IMG/VR virus record: IMGVR_UViG_3300045988_042144
Span: 1 to 43,890 of that record
From: a virus
Length of the DNA stretch: 43,890 nt
Direction: 5' to 3' (one strand)
The notes below the pieces were generated by a model. The model searched no databases and was not told where the DNA came from. It saw only the letters and a program-made list of their open reading frames with translations. A program made the position numbers and the translations under genes. This document shows, piece by piece, positions 18,901 through 26,803 of the stretch; positions within the stretch are counted from its first letter, which is position 1, and each line of letters begins with the position of its first letter.

Positions 18901-21900
18901 AACACGGAGTTCGGCGACACGATCCGGTTGTCCAGAGGGCAGGCGCTCGACGTATACGAAATGTACCAGCGCGAACAGCAGGACACGCACACGCGGCATC
19001 TTGCCGACGGCGGCATCGTGTTTAAGACCGACGCGGACGGAAAGCGCGTGGACGATACCACCGCGCATCCGATCTCCGACGCGGACATCCAGAAGATCAC
19101 GAGCTGGCTGACGGACGAGCAGATCGCCTATGCGGACGCTCTGGTGCGGTACATGAGCACCACGCTGGCGGAGGCGGGCAACAAGACCTCGCTGACGCTC
19201 TCCGGCTACAAAAAGTACACCGGGCAGCACTATGTACCGTTCAACTCTGCGAGCGATTACATCGCCCACGGAGCCGGTCAGGCGGACGGCCAGCAGACCC
19301 CGCGCCTGAAGAACTGGGGACACGGCAAGAGCATCAACGCCTTTGCCAACAACCCCGTGGTGGTGGAGAGCATCGACCAGATATTCGGCAACCACGCCGA
19401 AGAGATGGCCAAGTATGCGGGGCTGGCGATCCCGCAGGACAACATGATCCGCTACCTCAATTACAAGCAGCCCAACGAGCAGGGCAAGCGGCAGATGTCG
19501 ATGAAGTCCGCGCTGCGCGCCGCATACGGAGATAACGTGGTGCGGTACATCGACCGCTTCAACGCAGATGTCGGCGGGAAGATCACGGCGGACGTGCGCG
19601 ATCAGGAGATGGGACCGATGCTCTCCAGATTCAAGAAGGGCGCAGTGCTTGCATCCATGTCCGTTGTGGTGCAGCAGCCCACCGCATACTTCCGCGCATT
19701 CTCCTTGATGAATCCCAAATACATGAGGCTCGGCTGGACGGGCGCGTATCAGGAGGCGCAGCAGTACGCTGGCACGGCGATCATCAAGGACATCGGTGGC
19801 TTTGATATGCAGACCAGCAGGGGCGCTGCGGACTGGATACTCGACAAAAAGCCGACCAACCCGATCGGATGGACGGATAAGGTGTTTGGGACGCTGCCGG
19901 AAAAGGCGGATGCGGTCACTTGGGGTGCGCTGTGGAACTCGGTCAAGGCTGAGATTCACGGTGAGACAGGGCTTGCCATGAACAGCGAGGCGCTGCTGAA
20001 GGCGGCGGGCAAGCGCTTTGACGAGGTGATCGACTTTACGCAGGTGTACGACTCGACGTTCTCCCGCTCGGACTGGATGCGCAGCAAGAGCAAGTTCGGC
20101 AGCATGGTCACCTCCTTCATGGCGGAGCCCACGACCAGCATGAATGTGTTCATGTACTCCCTGCTGCACATTAAGGACAAGAACTACTCCGGCAAGGTAC
20201 ACTTCATCCCCGCCACGCTGGCACTGGCGGCGACCACGATCATCAACGCGGCGGTCAAAGCGGTCGTCTACGCCGCACGCGACGATGACGATTACGAGAC
20301 CTTCTGGGAAAAGTATCTGGCGCAGCTCAAGAGCGCGCTGTTCGGCGACAAGATCGAAGGGCTGCCTGACTGGCTGGGAACGCCTCTGGGCTTTGTGGCC
20401 GGAAGCGACTTCTCCGTGTTTACCCAGATTCCGCTCGTATCCGATGTCATGGAGCTTGCACAGGGCTACGACGTAACCCGCACGGACATGAACGTGGTGG
20501 GCGATGTGGTCGACGCGGCGCTCGGCCTGTTCAACGAGAAGAAGACGGTCTACACAAAGGTCAAGAACCTGATCGGCGCGGTGGGCAACCTGACCGGGCT
20601 GCCGGTCAAGAACCTCTGGCGTGACGTGGAATCGGTCGTCCGTCTCTTCGGCGTGGAGATTCCCGCCGCGACCGGCGGCACGGCGGACGGCTATGCGAAG
20701 CTCTACGAGACCATCGCGTCTGGCGATGACAAACGCGCCGAGAAGCTGCGCGACACCCTCGAAGGAAAGGGCAAGAGCAGCAAGGACATCGACACGGGCG
20801 TGGCCAAGTCGCTGATGGAAAACGACGAGCGCATCCGGCAGGCCTACGAGATGAAGGCCGAGGGCGACATCGCCGGGCTGGAAGAGCTGCGCGCGGAACT
20901 GGCGGAGACCTACGGCGAGGAAGTCGTGGACAAGGCGATCAAGCTCTACGAAAACAGCCTCAACTCCGAACTCAAAAAGAAAGCCGAGGCGCTGCTGGAA
21001 AGCGAATCCCGCATTGCAGAGCTTTACGATTACAGCGAAAAGGGCGAGACACCCAACACCGCAAAGGAGGAAGCGCTGCGGGAGCAGTTGGAGAAGCAAT
21101 ACGGCAAAGAACTTGTCGAGAAGGCACTGTCCGTCTATTCGGAACAGTTTGACGAGCTGGATTCCGCCCTCTACACGGCGGACGACATGGAGATGGTCGG
21201 CACACTGGCCTTTGAGAGCGGAAAGACCGCAGACCTCAAGACTGTCGTGGCGGAGATGGAGAAGGACAGCAAGGCCAACGACCCGAAGAAATCCGTACTG
21301 GACAAGGCCGTAACCGCCTTCAAACCCTTGTACACGGAAGCACTTGACAAGGGCTATGCGCAGAAGGCGGCGCGGATCAAGAAGGTGCTGCTGGATGTCT
21401 ACGGCAGCTACGGCATGACGGAGGAGAAGATCGACAAGTGGCTGCCGGGAGAGAAGGCGGCTGCCCTCTATGAAGCGGTGGACGCGGGAGCCTCCGTGCA
21501 GAGCCTCAACAAGCTCATCAAGGACGCGAAAGCCGCCGGGCAGAAGGACTCCAACATCATCAACAGGATCAGCAGCACCTACAAGGAAAAGATGCTGGAG
21601 GCGTGGCAGAAGGGCGACACGAGAACCTACAACCAGATTGCCTCGCTGCTGAAGAACCTGAACCTCTACGACAGCAAGGGCAAGCTCTACTACACCGACG
21701 AGCGCTTCAAGGACTGGCAGATGGCGGAGAAATACGACGATCTGCCGGAGGCGGTCAGAGCCGGAGATGCCGGTGCGGTCAAACAGTACGTTGCCAACCT
21801 GAAAAAGGACGGCTATTCGGATGGCCAGATCACGCAGCGCGTCAGCACCAACGTGCATGACGAACTGGTGGAGGCGTACCTCAAGGGCGACATGAGCACC

Positions 21901-22017
21901 TACAACAAGCTCAAAGCCATGCTGCAGTCGCTCGACCTGCACGACAAGAGGGGCAATCAGTATTACCCGGACAGCAAGATCGCAAAGTGGATCAAGGACG
22001 CGCAGGAGAAAAAGTGA
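12967..22017 (+). CDS. Giant 3016-aa virion/ejection (internal core or polyvalent-type) protein candidate with an HExxH metallopeptidase-like motif, an AT-rich inserted domain and internal repeats
   Basis: Single uninterrupted ORF with GGAGG RBS; sits between virion accessory genes and tail fibres; HELAH at aa 1023-1027 (nt about 16033-16047); long coiled-coil stretches. Confidence 0.75.
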   Translation: MAKDKKKRSANYIGAADELVRKAKADPEGTAASVSEWESSQREQAIQDRAAREIAAKNLRSYIQRHPSFSRSQKDATAAVILRETTDINAARRRENIGKAQREIQSQNELTSNPYAQAMRKTMLNQERARLDSLPGFSVSELDALDDDERNRRITDWAKRSAAVDRGLEKTNQSIDAYNAAMARQRNDTEQEELNKYINNPTAMVARMTMLNQERARLDSLPSMTLDEAMDYGARSAAVDQGLRQTERNLSAYDKAMERLKLQRYGDTVRENADFTEYSRKGASAENPDNQWQAVWTGNRVKNPVTYARAQAEKPKNAFARFMDNAFNYGQSDSPGDIQRLASYMTRDEVNVYNYLWAKDQENGTSDASKYFTDLTKTLFERQSEGYVEGAQKWSTESAGNSALASGTTVLRSPANGVAYLDALATKAQGKRIDPSSATQVQARVNIGVRGAVANEISDTVSSGTGSQFLGDATSFLYQTGLSIADSALNTAITGGNALASSALMGGTAATSAMQEALDGGASDTQALAVGGLAGFFEAFFERFSIENFLKMSSPAAKGSAIMNLLRQMGIEASEELGTEVADIVSEYLVMRDISQYKDATPGEIAQQIALAALGGALSGGVMGGTGLLVNNIQSNQIGKAASRVGVSDSVILDALNSNDPSARALAQQMLDGEAKTNSQNVGKLYASLAENGEYSNYDTEAILRAAAEEAAAEKQQKKNSKTAQRQTASQNAQNAPESVSAQEQTNRTNTEENAQQTRKQPRVDYATNVVDNEETDITGIHSVEDGTVYVQAGDNVVALNDVEFANADIGELYERAGKYGTEAAQRFVKAYDGGSVEQYAKGFDAMYRAARDGVAYDTALQQSLYVENYLSEDQRMQAYAAGQSTSSQTQTQVATNQEQVATEQQVEKPQNTEVSAAVQTETKAAQQVKKAAKPGLTRSYARAELTSEQRSAIKKNRGQLQVVDTLAKKYGREVVLVGSLQGMEINGQTVEQSANGVFDPSSGRIYIAADAQDGAFAYVAMHELAHSVRAASESDYNALQTTVFDALTKNGQNVDDLVKYQMDTFGYSEDVAREEVVANSAATVLTDEEFVRNLYNNEHSLFEQIRKFFNELAETFKQLTQSASWSQDAALTPENVRAIAEVFDRVAADTAYAERENAVNSPQNKFNFVDYSEREKLGWEGSKSIVLYENDAQLDRFVQTAIEDKSIHKKLYFGKIPSELSTEVFEKTGVNVDGYNFTLRADEIRKILKDHGQRAKEANRGQQPITQKDFARIPTVVLNPDNIKLSDKLFEGKPVILFEKEINGRKTVVAYVTKKHMDLTVQTMYFGKEKGSRPTTPSDASSIVLQTSETLSGNAPITTVAEASDVVKGAVEDISAKTTDNNSDSGIKLSVKDVEPADAKKLQRENDKLKSALENARAQLRLTDGMQVDEKAVTKLARGIVTDYSSKADVTKLSSDLYQLFNYASHSPDTDAAFSELNDIGIGLARQVIEQSQQVDTSVSEQFSDLKDYLKSTPIRLTDAQKEQIAASYGSLANFRKEYRGTIKISNDGVALDTVIGEMAESYPFLYDGIQGGDLIETLTNAADVTKPQIVNPYYMDMDGAAADLWLEIQQRYTDTPMVQTYADKQKAKLVELKQQQKQQIKDLRQQAKDEMDVALQIAKERAQRQQDAAVRGERQKQQVKTEKLKAKNQQLRTDIENERIANAINRALASKRYAALKEQRTADLKTQRETIKTRERVGRYKDRIKAAAMTLSAWNTSPSDKRFVPEGLRRAVSDFVSAIDMGFKEGSKVSENWKARMRQMQIAVENAQRSSPDVGMATWDQETVDNLASLTALIEGNDNIKSLRDLSEPQLKALADVLNGIKHEVINANKMFVNGRRESLSKAADSEIERMGSRKTGKVRKQLQKIMDSKLMLGNTKPIFLMDSLGGEYERIGRDLFNGRTEAAFILRDSKDFHSGLKKRYHVDKWLDQKGDVLTLNTEFGDTIRLSRGQALDVYEMYQREQQDTHTRHLADGGIVFKTDADGKRVDDTTAHPISDADIQKITSWLTDEQIAYADALVRYMSTTLAEAGNKTSLTLSGYKKYTGQHYVPFNSASDYIAHGAGQADGQQTPRLKNWGHGKSINAFANNPVVVESIDQIFGNHAEEMAKYAGLAIPQDNMIRYLNYKQPNEQGKRQMSMKSALRAAYGDNVVRYIDRFNADVGGKITADVRDQEMGPMLSRFKKGAVLASMSVVVQQPTAYFRAFSLMNPKYMRLGWTGAYQEAQQYAGTAIIKDIGGFDMQTSRGAADWILDKKPTNPIGWTDKVFGTLPEKADAVTWGALWNSVKAEIHGETGLAMNSEALLKAAGKRFDEVIDFTQVYDSTFSRSDWMRSKSKFGSMVTSFMAEPTTSMNVFMYSLLHIKDKNYSGKVHFIPATLALAATTIINAAVKAVVYAARDDDDYETFWEKYLAQLKSALFGDKIEGLPDWLGTPLGFVAGSDFSVFTQIPLVSDVMELAQGYDVTRTDMNVVGDVVDAALGLFNEKKTVYTKVKNLIGAVGNLTGLPVKNLWRDVESVVRLFGVEIPAATGGTADGYAKLYETIASGDDKRAEKLRDTLEGKGKSSKDIDTGVAKSLMENDERIRQAYEMKAEGDIAGLEELRAELAETYGEEVVDKAIKLYENSLNSELKKKAEALLESESRIAELYDYSEKGETPNTAKEEALREQLEKQYGKELVEKALSVYSEQFDELDSALYTADDMEMVGTLAFESGKTADLKTVVAEMEKDSKANDPKKSVLDKAVTAFKPLYTEALDKGYAQKAARIKKVLLDVYGSYGMTEEKIDKWLPGEKAAALYEAVDAGASVQSLNKLIKDAKAAGQKDSNIINRISSTYKEKMLEAWQKGDTRTYNQIASLLKNLNLYDSKGKLYYTDERFKDWQMAEKYDDLPEAVRAGDAGAVKQYVANLKKDGYSDGQITQRVSTNVHDELVEAYLKGDMSTYNKLKAMLQSLDLHDKRGNQYYPDSKIAKWIKDAQEKK

Positions 22018-22023
22018 AACAGG

Positions 22024-22050
22024 GAAGTGCCTCTTCGGAGGCACTTTTCG
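22024..22050 (+). terminator. Rho-independent terminator after the giant gene
   Basis: AAGTGCCTC-TTCG-GAGGCACTT hairpin followed by TTTCG. Confidence 0.6.
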
Positions 22051-22116
22051 CGTCTATGTGGTGAGAAAGCACGGCGGTTTGCATGATAGGATGAACCCAA
22101 GAAAGGCGGGGAACGG

Positions 22117-23619
22117 ATGAGATATGTAACGTATAACACGCGGCTGGACGTGCGCAGGAGCGGCAGCCAGGCGTCGATCAGGGTTCGTCAGGGCGAGCAG
22201 CGGTCTCGGAAGATCGTCGCCACGCTGACGGACGGCGGAAAGCCTCTGGACTACGAATGGCTGGACTCGGTGATCCTGCGCGCGGTGAAGCCGGATGAGA
22301 CGGTGCTCTTTAACGACTGCGAGCTGCTGGGCAGCACGATCACCTATATCTTCGACGAGCAGATGGAAGCCGTGGAGGGCACGGTGACGTGCGAGTTCCT
22401 TGTATACGGCGTGGACGGTGCGATTCTCTACTCGCCCAAGTTCGACGTGTTTGTCGAGGGTGCGCTGTATGACAACGGCAAGATCACCAGCCGGGACGAG
22501 TTCACGACACTGGTCAACGCCTTGGCCACGCTGAACCGCATCGAGGCGACCGAGGAAGAGCGGCAGGAGGCCGAGCTGGGGCGCGAAGATGCGGAGGCGC
22601 TGCGCGACGCTGCCGAGCAGGATAGAGCAGCAGCGGAGGCCGGGCGCGTGGCGGCGGAGGCCGTGCGCGAGGCGAAGATGTCGAACATCTCCGTCACGGC
22701 ATCCACGCTCAAGACGGGCTATCCCGCGACCGCATCGGTCTCGATGACGGCGGCGGAGGGCATTAAGCTGGCGCTGGGGCTGCCGCGCGGCGAGAAGGGC
22801 GAGACCGGGCTGGGCTTTAAGCTGGTGGACTACTTTGCCACGCCGGAAGAGCTGTATGCTGCCGTTCCGAACCCCGTACCGGGCAACGGCTACGGCGTTG
22901 GCACGAACCCCGTGGACGTATACATCTTCGGAGAGCACTCCGGCTGGAAGAACTACGGCCAGATCAAGGGCGCTGTCGGCGACACGGGCGCGACGGGCGC
23001 GTTTTTCTACCCCACACTGGACGACGCGGGGAACCTTAGCTGGTGGAACAACGGCGATCTGGAAAACCCGCAGACCAAGAACATCAAAGGGCCGAAGGGC
23101 GATAAGGGCGTGCAGGGGCCGAAGGGCGAACAGGGCGTACCGGGGCCGAAGGGCGATAAGGGCGACAAGGGCGATCCCGGCGCGGATGCGCAGCTGCCGA
23201 GCTGGGTGGGCAGCAAAAAGCCCAGCTATTCCGCGAACGAGATCGCCTTGGCTGACACGGCGGAAAATTACGAAGCGGTCAACGTCGAGGCGGCGCTGGC
23301 GGAAGAGGCTGCGGCGCGCAAGACGCTCGACGCGGCCAAGGCGGCAAAGTCCACGGTGAAGACGGGCACGCTGCTTGCGTCCAACTGGACGGGCACGGCT
23401 GCGCCCTACACGCAGACCGTCCACATCGACGGCGTGGGCGCTGCCACGAATGCCAGCGCGGACTACGAGCACAGCAGCGACCTTGACACGGAAAAGGCGC
23501 GTGCGACGGCTTGGAGCCGCGTGAGCTACTTTGAGCAGGGCGACGGCTACATCAAAGCGACGTGCATCGGGGACAAGCCGGAGGTCGACCTCCCGCTCAA
23601 ACTGATGGTCATCGGATAG
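22117..23619 (+). CDS. Tail fibre protein: BppU-N-like N-terminus, coiled coil, collagen-like G-X-Y repeats
   Basis: GPKGDKGVQGPKGEQGVPGPKGDKGDKGDPG (nt about 23089-23182); conserved fibre module LVDYFATPEELYAAVPNPVPGNGYGVG. Confidence 0.75.
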   Translation: MRYVTYNTRLDVRRSGSQASIRVRQGEQRSRKIVATLTDGGKPLDYEWLDSVILRAVKPDETVLFNDCELLGSTITYIFDEQMEAVEGTVTCEFLVYGVDGAILYSPKFDVFVEGALYDNGKITSRDEFTTLVNALATLNRIEATEEERQEAELGREDAEALRDAAEQDRAAAEAGRVAAEAVREAKMSNISVTASTLKTGYPATASVSMTAAEGIKLALGLPRGEKGETGLGFKLVDYFATPEELYAAVPNPVPGNGYGVGTNPVDVYIFGEHSGWKNYGQIKGAVGDTGATGAFFYPTLDDAGNLSWWNNGDLENPQTKNIKGPKGDKGVQGPKGEQGVPGPKGDKGDKGDPGADAQLPSWVGSKKPSYSANEIALADTAENYEAVNVEAALAEEAAARKTLDAAKAAKSTVKTGTLLASNWTGTAAPYTQTVHIDGVGAATNASADYEHSSDLDTEKARATAWSRVSYFEQGDGYIKATCIGDKPEVDLPLKLMVIG

Positions 23620-23628
23620 GAGGAGCGC

Positions 23629-25416
23629 ATGAAGACAATCCAGTTCAACGGGCGCAAGCCTATCCCAACCACCATCACGGTGGGCATGGAGAGCGACCAC
23701 AACGCGGAGACTGTGCGCTTTGCCGTAACCGAAACGCCGGAGAGCTACTGCCTGCTGTACATCACGGCGGGCAACTATAGCGACGTGGTGCAGCTCAACA
23801 ACGGCCTGTGGCAGCCGACGCGCACCCAGACCCAGCGCCCCGCGCGCTATCAGGGCTACATCGAGCGCCGCGTGGGGAACGACGTGGTGTGGCACAGCGA
23901 GCCGTTTTTTGTGATCGTGGATGTGCTCCCGGCGGCGAAGAAGAAACTGGAGAAGGCCTATCCCACGCTGCTGGATCAGGTGGCGGCGGAGGCGCAGCAG
24001 GTGCAGCAGAACACAGACGAGGTCATCCGCAAGGCGCAGACGGTCGCTGATTTTCAGAAGGCGACCGGGAACGTCACGGTGGATGTGACGCAGGTGGCAA
24101 GCGACGTGCCCGCATCCGGCGGCGCGACCATCGACACGGAAGGCATTGCGTTTACCTTTGACATCCCCAAGGGAGAGAAGGGCGACAAGGGCAGTCAGGG
24201 CGACAAGGGCGACACGGGCGCTCCGGGGCGCGGCCTGACGATCCTCGATTATTACGCCACGGAGGCAGCGCTGCGCGTGGCGGTGACGAATCCCGCACCG
24301 GGGGATGCATACGGCGTTGGCGTGGCAGCGCCTTATGAGATTTACGTCTGGAGCCCGTCCTTGGGATGGGTGAACAACGGCGCGCTCCAAGGCCAGAAGG
24401 GCGACAAAGGCGACAAAGGCGATCCCGGCCCCAAGGGGGACAAGGGCGCGGACGGTGCGAAGGGCGCGGACGGCGCACCGGGGCCAAAGGGCGAGACCGG
24501 GGCGCAGGGGCCGCAGGGCGCTGTGGGGCCGAACGCGGTCAGCACCTCCACAAGCACGGACATCACCGGGCTGCTCAAGGGCGCTGGCGGGAAGGTGGCC
24601 AAGGCGGTTGCCGGTACGGACTACGCTGCGGCATCCCATACGCATAAAACCAGCGACGTGGAAGGGTTGGATGAGATTTTGAGCAAGCCGGGATTGAACG
24701 CAATATTCATCGACCTGTCTGACGCAAACGCTACGGCGGAAGATATCGCGGAGGGCAAGATCGCCTACGTTGCGGATGCGCAGCGTATTGTCGGCACGGC
24801 AATCGCAGGGGGACTTGATCCCAACAACAAGCCGAGGATCACCTACACTGGTCAATGGAGCGGATGGTACATAGAATTTTATGGAGGCACGCCCTATTGG
24901 GAGGCTGTCTTCTATACTTCCGGCGCGCTTCAAAGCGCTGATAATTACAATGCTGATTTCTGGGGCATCGGCGGCGGTCCGTTCGATTATTCGGGTGTCA
25001 TGAACGGCGGATCGACAAATAAACTGTTGAATTTTGCGCTTTCGGCTACGCAATACGCGGTCACTGTTGGCGCGGGGGCGACGAAGAACACGCGCGGAAG
25101 CGGCGGTGACACCACGGTTGCAAGGGTGGGGGGATCAAGCAGTGCGGCGGCGATTTTTACGGCCAAGGGCGGCATCATGAATCAGTCGGGCACGGGCGAC
25201 AGATACCGATTTGGCGATCCTGATAAGGAAAATGAAGCGGGCGCAGATGGTACGTCCAACGGCTATGCGCACGGTACGGGCGGCTGGCTGCACTGGCGAT
25301 GCGGGGTTGACAACGGCGACGGCGAAGGCTACGGGGCTGGGGGCGACTACGGCGGCTATGGCAACGCGCTGGTGAACGCGCATCCCGGCGCTCTGGTCAT
25401 CCGCATCGCAGTATAG
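23629..25416 (+). CDS. Tail fibre protein 2: collagen-like repeats, SHTH-type fibre motif (AASHTHKTSDVEGLDEIL), C-terminal Gly-rich putative receptor-binding domain
   Basis: G-X-Y tracts at two sites; shared LDYYATEAALRVAVTNPAPGDAYGVG module; C-terminus ends ...GALVIRIAV. Confidence 0.75.
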   Translation: MKTIQFNGRKPIPTTITVGMESDHNAETVRFAVTETPESYCLLYITAGNYSDVVQLNNGLWQPTRTQTQRPARYQGYIERRVGNDVVWHSEPFFVIVDVLPAAKKKLEKAYPTLLDQVAAEAQQVQQNTDEVIRKAQTVADFQKATGNVTVDVTQVASDVPASGGATIDTEGIAFTFDIPKGEKGDKGSQGDKGDTGAPGRGLTILDYYATEAALRVAVTNPAPGDAYGVGVAAPYEIYVWSPSLGWVNNGALQGQKGDKGDKGDPGPKGDKGADGAKGADGAPGPKGETGAQGPQGAVGPNAVSTSTSTDITGLLKGAGGKVAKAVAGTDYAAASHTHKTSDVEGLDEILSKPGLNAIFIDLSDANATAEDIAEGKIAYVADAQRIVGTAIAGGLDPNNKPRITYTGQWSGWYIEFYGGTPYWEAVFYTSGALQSADNYNADFWGIGGGPFDYSGVMNGGSTNKLLNFALSATQYAVTVGAGATKNTRGSGGDTTVARVGGSSSAAAIFTAKGGIMNQSGTGDRYRFGDPDKENEAGADGTSNGYAHGTGGWLHWRCGVDNGDGEGYGAGGDYGGYGNALVNAHPGALVIRIAV

Positions 25417-25425
25417 GAGGAACAG

Positions 25426-26166
25426 ATGATTATCAAAAACGGAAGAGTGGGCGGTATACCTAGCGCCAGCCGCAATCCCTTCCTGAACGGAGAAATCACG
25501 TTTGACGGACCGTGGCAGGTCGGCTGGGAGATTTACGACGGCAAACTCTATGCCGAAGCGGTAATTGTCAAGTCTGGCACACTGACCGTGCAGAAGCAGT
25601 ATATCTGCGACCTGTGGATGATAGGCGGCGGTGGTGGATCTGCGACAATGACCAGCAGCTACAATCATCGCGCGGGTGGCGGGAGTGGCTTTACAGAGAT
25701 GGCAATCGGGAAGATTCTCGGCATTGCGCTGCACCCTGTGACAATCGGCGCGGGCGGAACGAATAACGATCACTACAGAGAGACGAGCTACAATACAGAT
25801 GTCGTGGGCACTAAGGGCGGATCAACCTCGTTTCTTGGCGTATCCGCCAATGGAGGGAACAACGGCACAGTACGCTGTAAAAAAGGAGAGACATCACCGT
25901 ATGACTGGACGCCGGGCACGGGAGGGAGCAACGGAGGGACGTCATACGGGGAAAACTTGTCAACAATGCCCTCTCGGCAGGCTCCCGGCGAGAACGGAAC
26001 ACCGGGCGCGGGGAAAATCATGTCCCGGTTTTGGGATGCGACGAAGAACACGGATTACGGGCGTGCGAATGGCACGGCGGCGCAGGGCGCGGGCTGGGGA
26101 TTGAGCGGCGCGGGCTACGGCGCAGGCGGCACATCCGGCGCGCTGGTTATCCGAATTGCAATATAG
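25426..26166 (+). CDS. Stand-alone paralogue of the Gly-rich C-terminal domain of fibre protein 2 (alternative distal fibre or receptor-binding domain candidate)
   Basis: Protein aligns by eye with the last ~240 aa of 23629..25416 (W..GW.I...G..Y.EAV......L......D.W.IGGG ... GALVIRIAI); GGAGGAAC RBS. Confidence 0.65.
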   Translation: MIIKNGRVGGIPSASRNPFLNGEITFDGPWQVGWEIYDGKLYAEAVIVKSGTLTVQKQYICDLWMIGGGGGSATMTSSYNHRAGGGSGFTEMAIGKILGIALHPVTIGAGGTNNDHYRETSYNTDVVGTKGGSTSFLGVSANGGNNGTVRCKKGETSPYDWTPGTGGSNGGTSYGENLSTMPSRQAPGENGTPGAGKIMSRFWDATKNTDYGRANGTAAQGAGWGLSGAGYGAGGTSGALVIRIAI

Positions 26167-26178
26167 GAGGGATGAAAA

Positions 26179-26385
26179 ATGGCAGTGTATCAGGCAAAGG
26201 ATGCCAACGGCGAGGTTGTGAATCTGGTGGAGATCGATCCGGGGCAGATCGAGGGCTGGCAGAAGCTGACGGGGCTGAAGCTGGAGCTGCCGCCGGAGCC
26301 GGACCCAGCAGAAGAGCCGAACCAGCCCGATCTGACGACGATGGAGGCGGCGCTCAAGGAACTGGGGGTGAAGACCCGTGACTAA
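26179..26385 (+). CDS. Small hypothetical protein (68 aa)
   Basis: ORF with GGAGGGA RBS. Confidence 0.45.
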   Translation: MAVYQAKDANGEVVNLVEIDPGQIEGWQKLTGLKLELPPEPDPAEEPNQPDLTTMEAALKELGVKTRD

Positions 26386-26803
26386 GCTGAGAAGCGACAT
26401 TCTTGAACAGGCGAAGGCGATCCGCGCAGCGACGCAGACCCTCGCGGCCTATGCGCCGGATGATGCGGCACTGGCGGCTCCTACAGTGCTGTTTGACGAA
26501 TGGAGCGCGGACAGCGTGGCATATGCCAAGGGCGACATCCGGCAGTACAACGGCCTGCTGTACCGCTGCGCACAGCCGCACACGTCGCAGTCGGACTATA
26601 CGCCGTCCACGTCGGTATCCCTCTGGACGCGGATCTCAGACCCGACGCAAGAATGGCCGAAGTGGATTCAGCCCACAGGAGCGCATGACGCATACGCCAA
26701 GGACGCAAAGGTCAGCCACAACGGCAAGCACTGGGTCAGCACGGCGAACGATAACGTGTGGGAGCCGGGCGTGTACGGCTGGGAGGAGGCGACCGAGGCA
26801 TGA
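26378..26803 (+). CDS. Carbohydrate-binding protein with two CBM5/12-like modules
   Basis: YAKGDIRQYNGLLYRCAQPHTSQSDYTPSTSVSLWTRI and YAKDAKVSHNGKHWVSTANDNVWEPGVYGWEE fit the CBM_5_12 pattern (Y.GD.V.YNG..Y.C.Q.HTS...W.P...W). Confidence 0.6.
   Translation: MTKLRSDILEQAKAIRAATQTLAAYAPDDAALAAPTVLFDEWSADSVAYAKGDIRQYNGLLYRCAQPHTSQSDYTPSTSVSLWTRISDPTQEWPKWIQPTGAHDAYAKDAKVSHNGKHWVSTANDNVWEPGVYGWEEATEA

Noticed and set aside
12967-22017. Giant ORF as a tail tape-measure protein
   Set aside because: No tail tube, sheath or chaperone-frameshift genes precede it. It contains globular-looking segments and an HExxH motif. At 3016 aa a tape measure would imply an implausibly long tail. A tape measure cannot be fully excluded without fold prediction.
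17605-22044. Very long antisense ORFs opposite real genes: 1479 aa (17605-22044), 999 aa (22054-25053), 607 aa (4049-5872), 639 aa (9347-11266), 460 aa (7543-8925)
   Set aside because: Typical of high-GC DNA, where stop codons are rare on the antisense frame. Products are Arg/Leu/Val/His-rich with no RBS, and they overlap well-supported sense genes (giant protein, fibres, portal, virion proteins, capsid).
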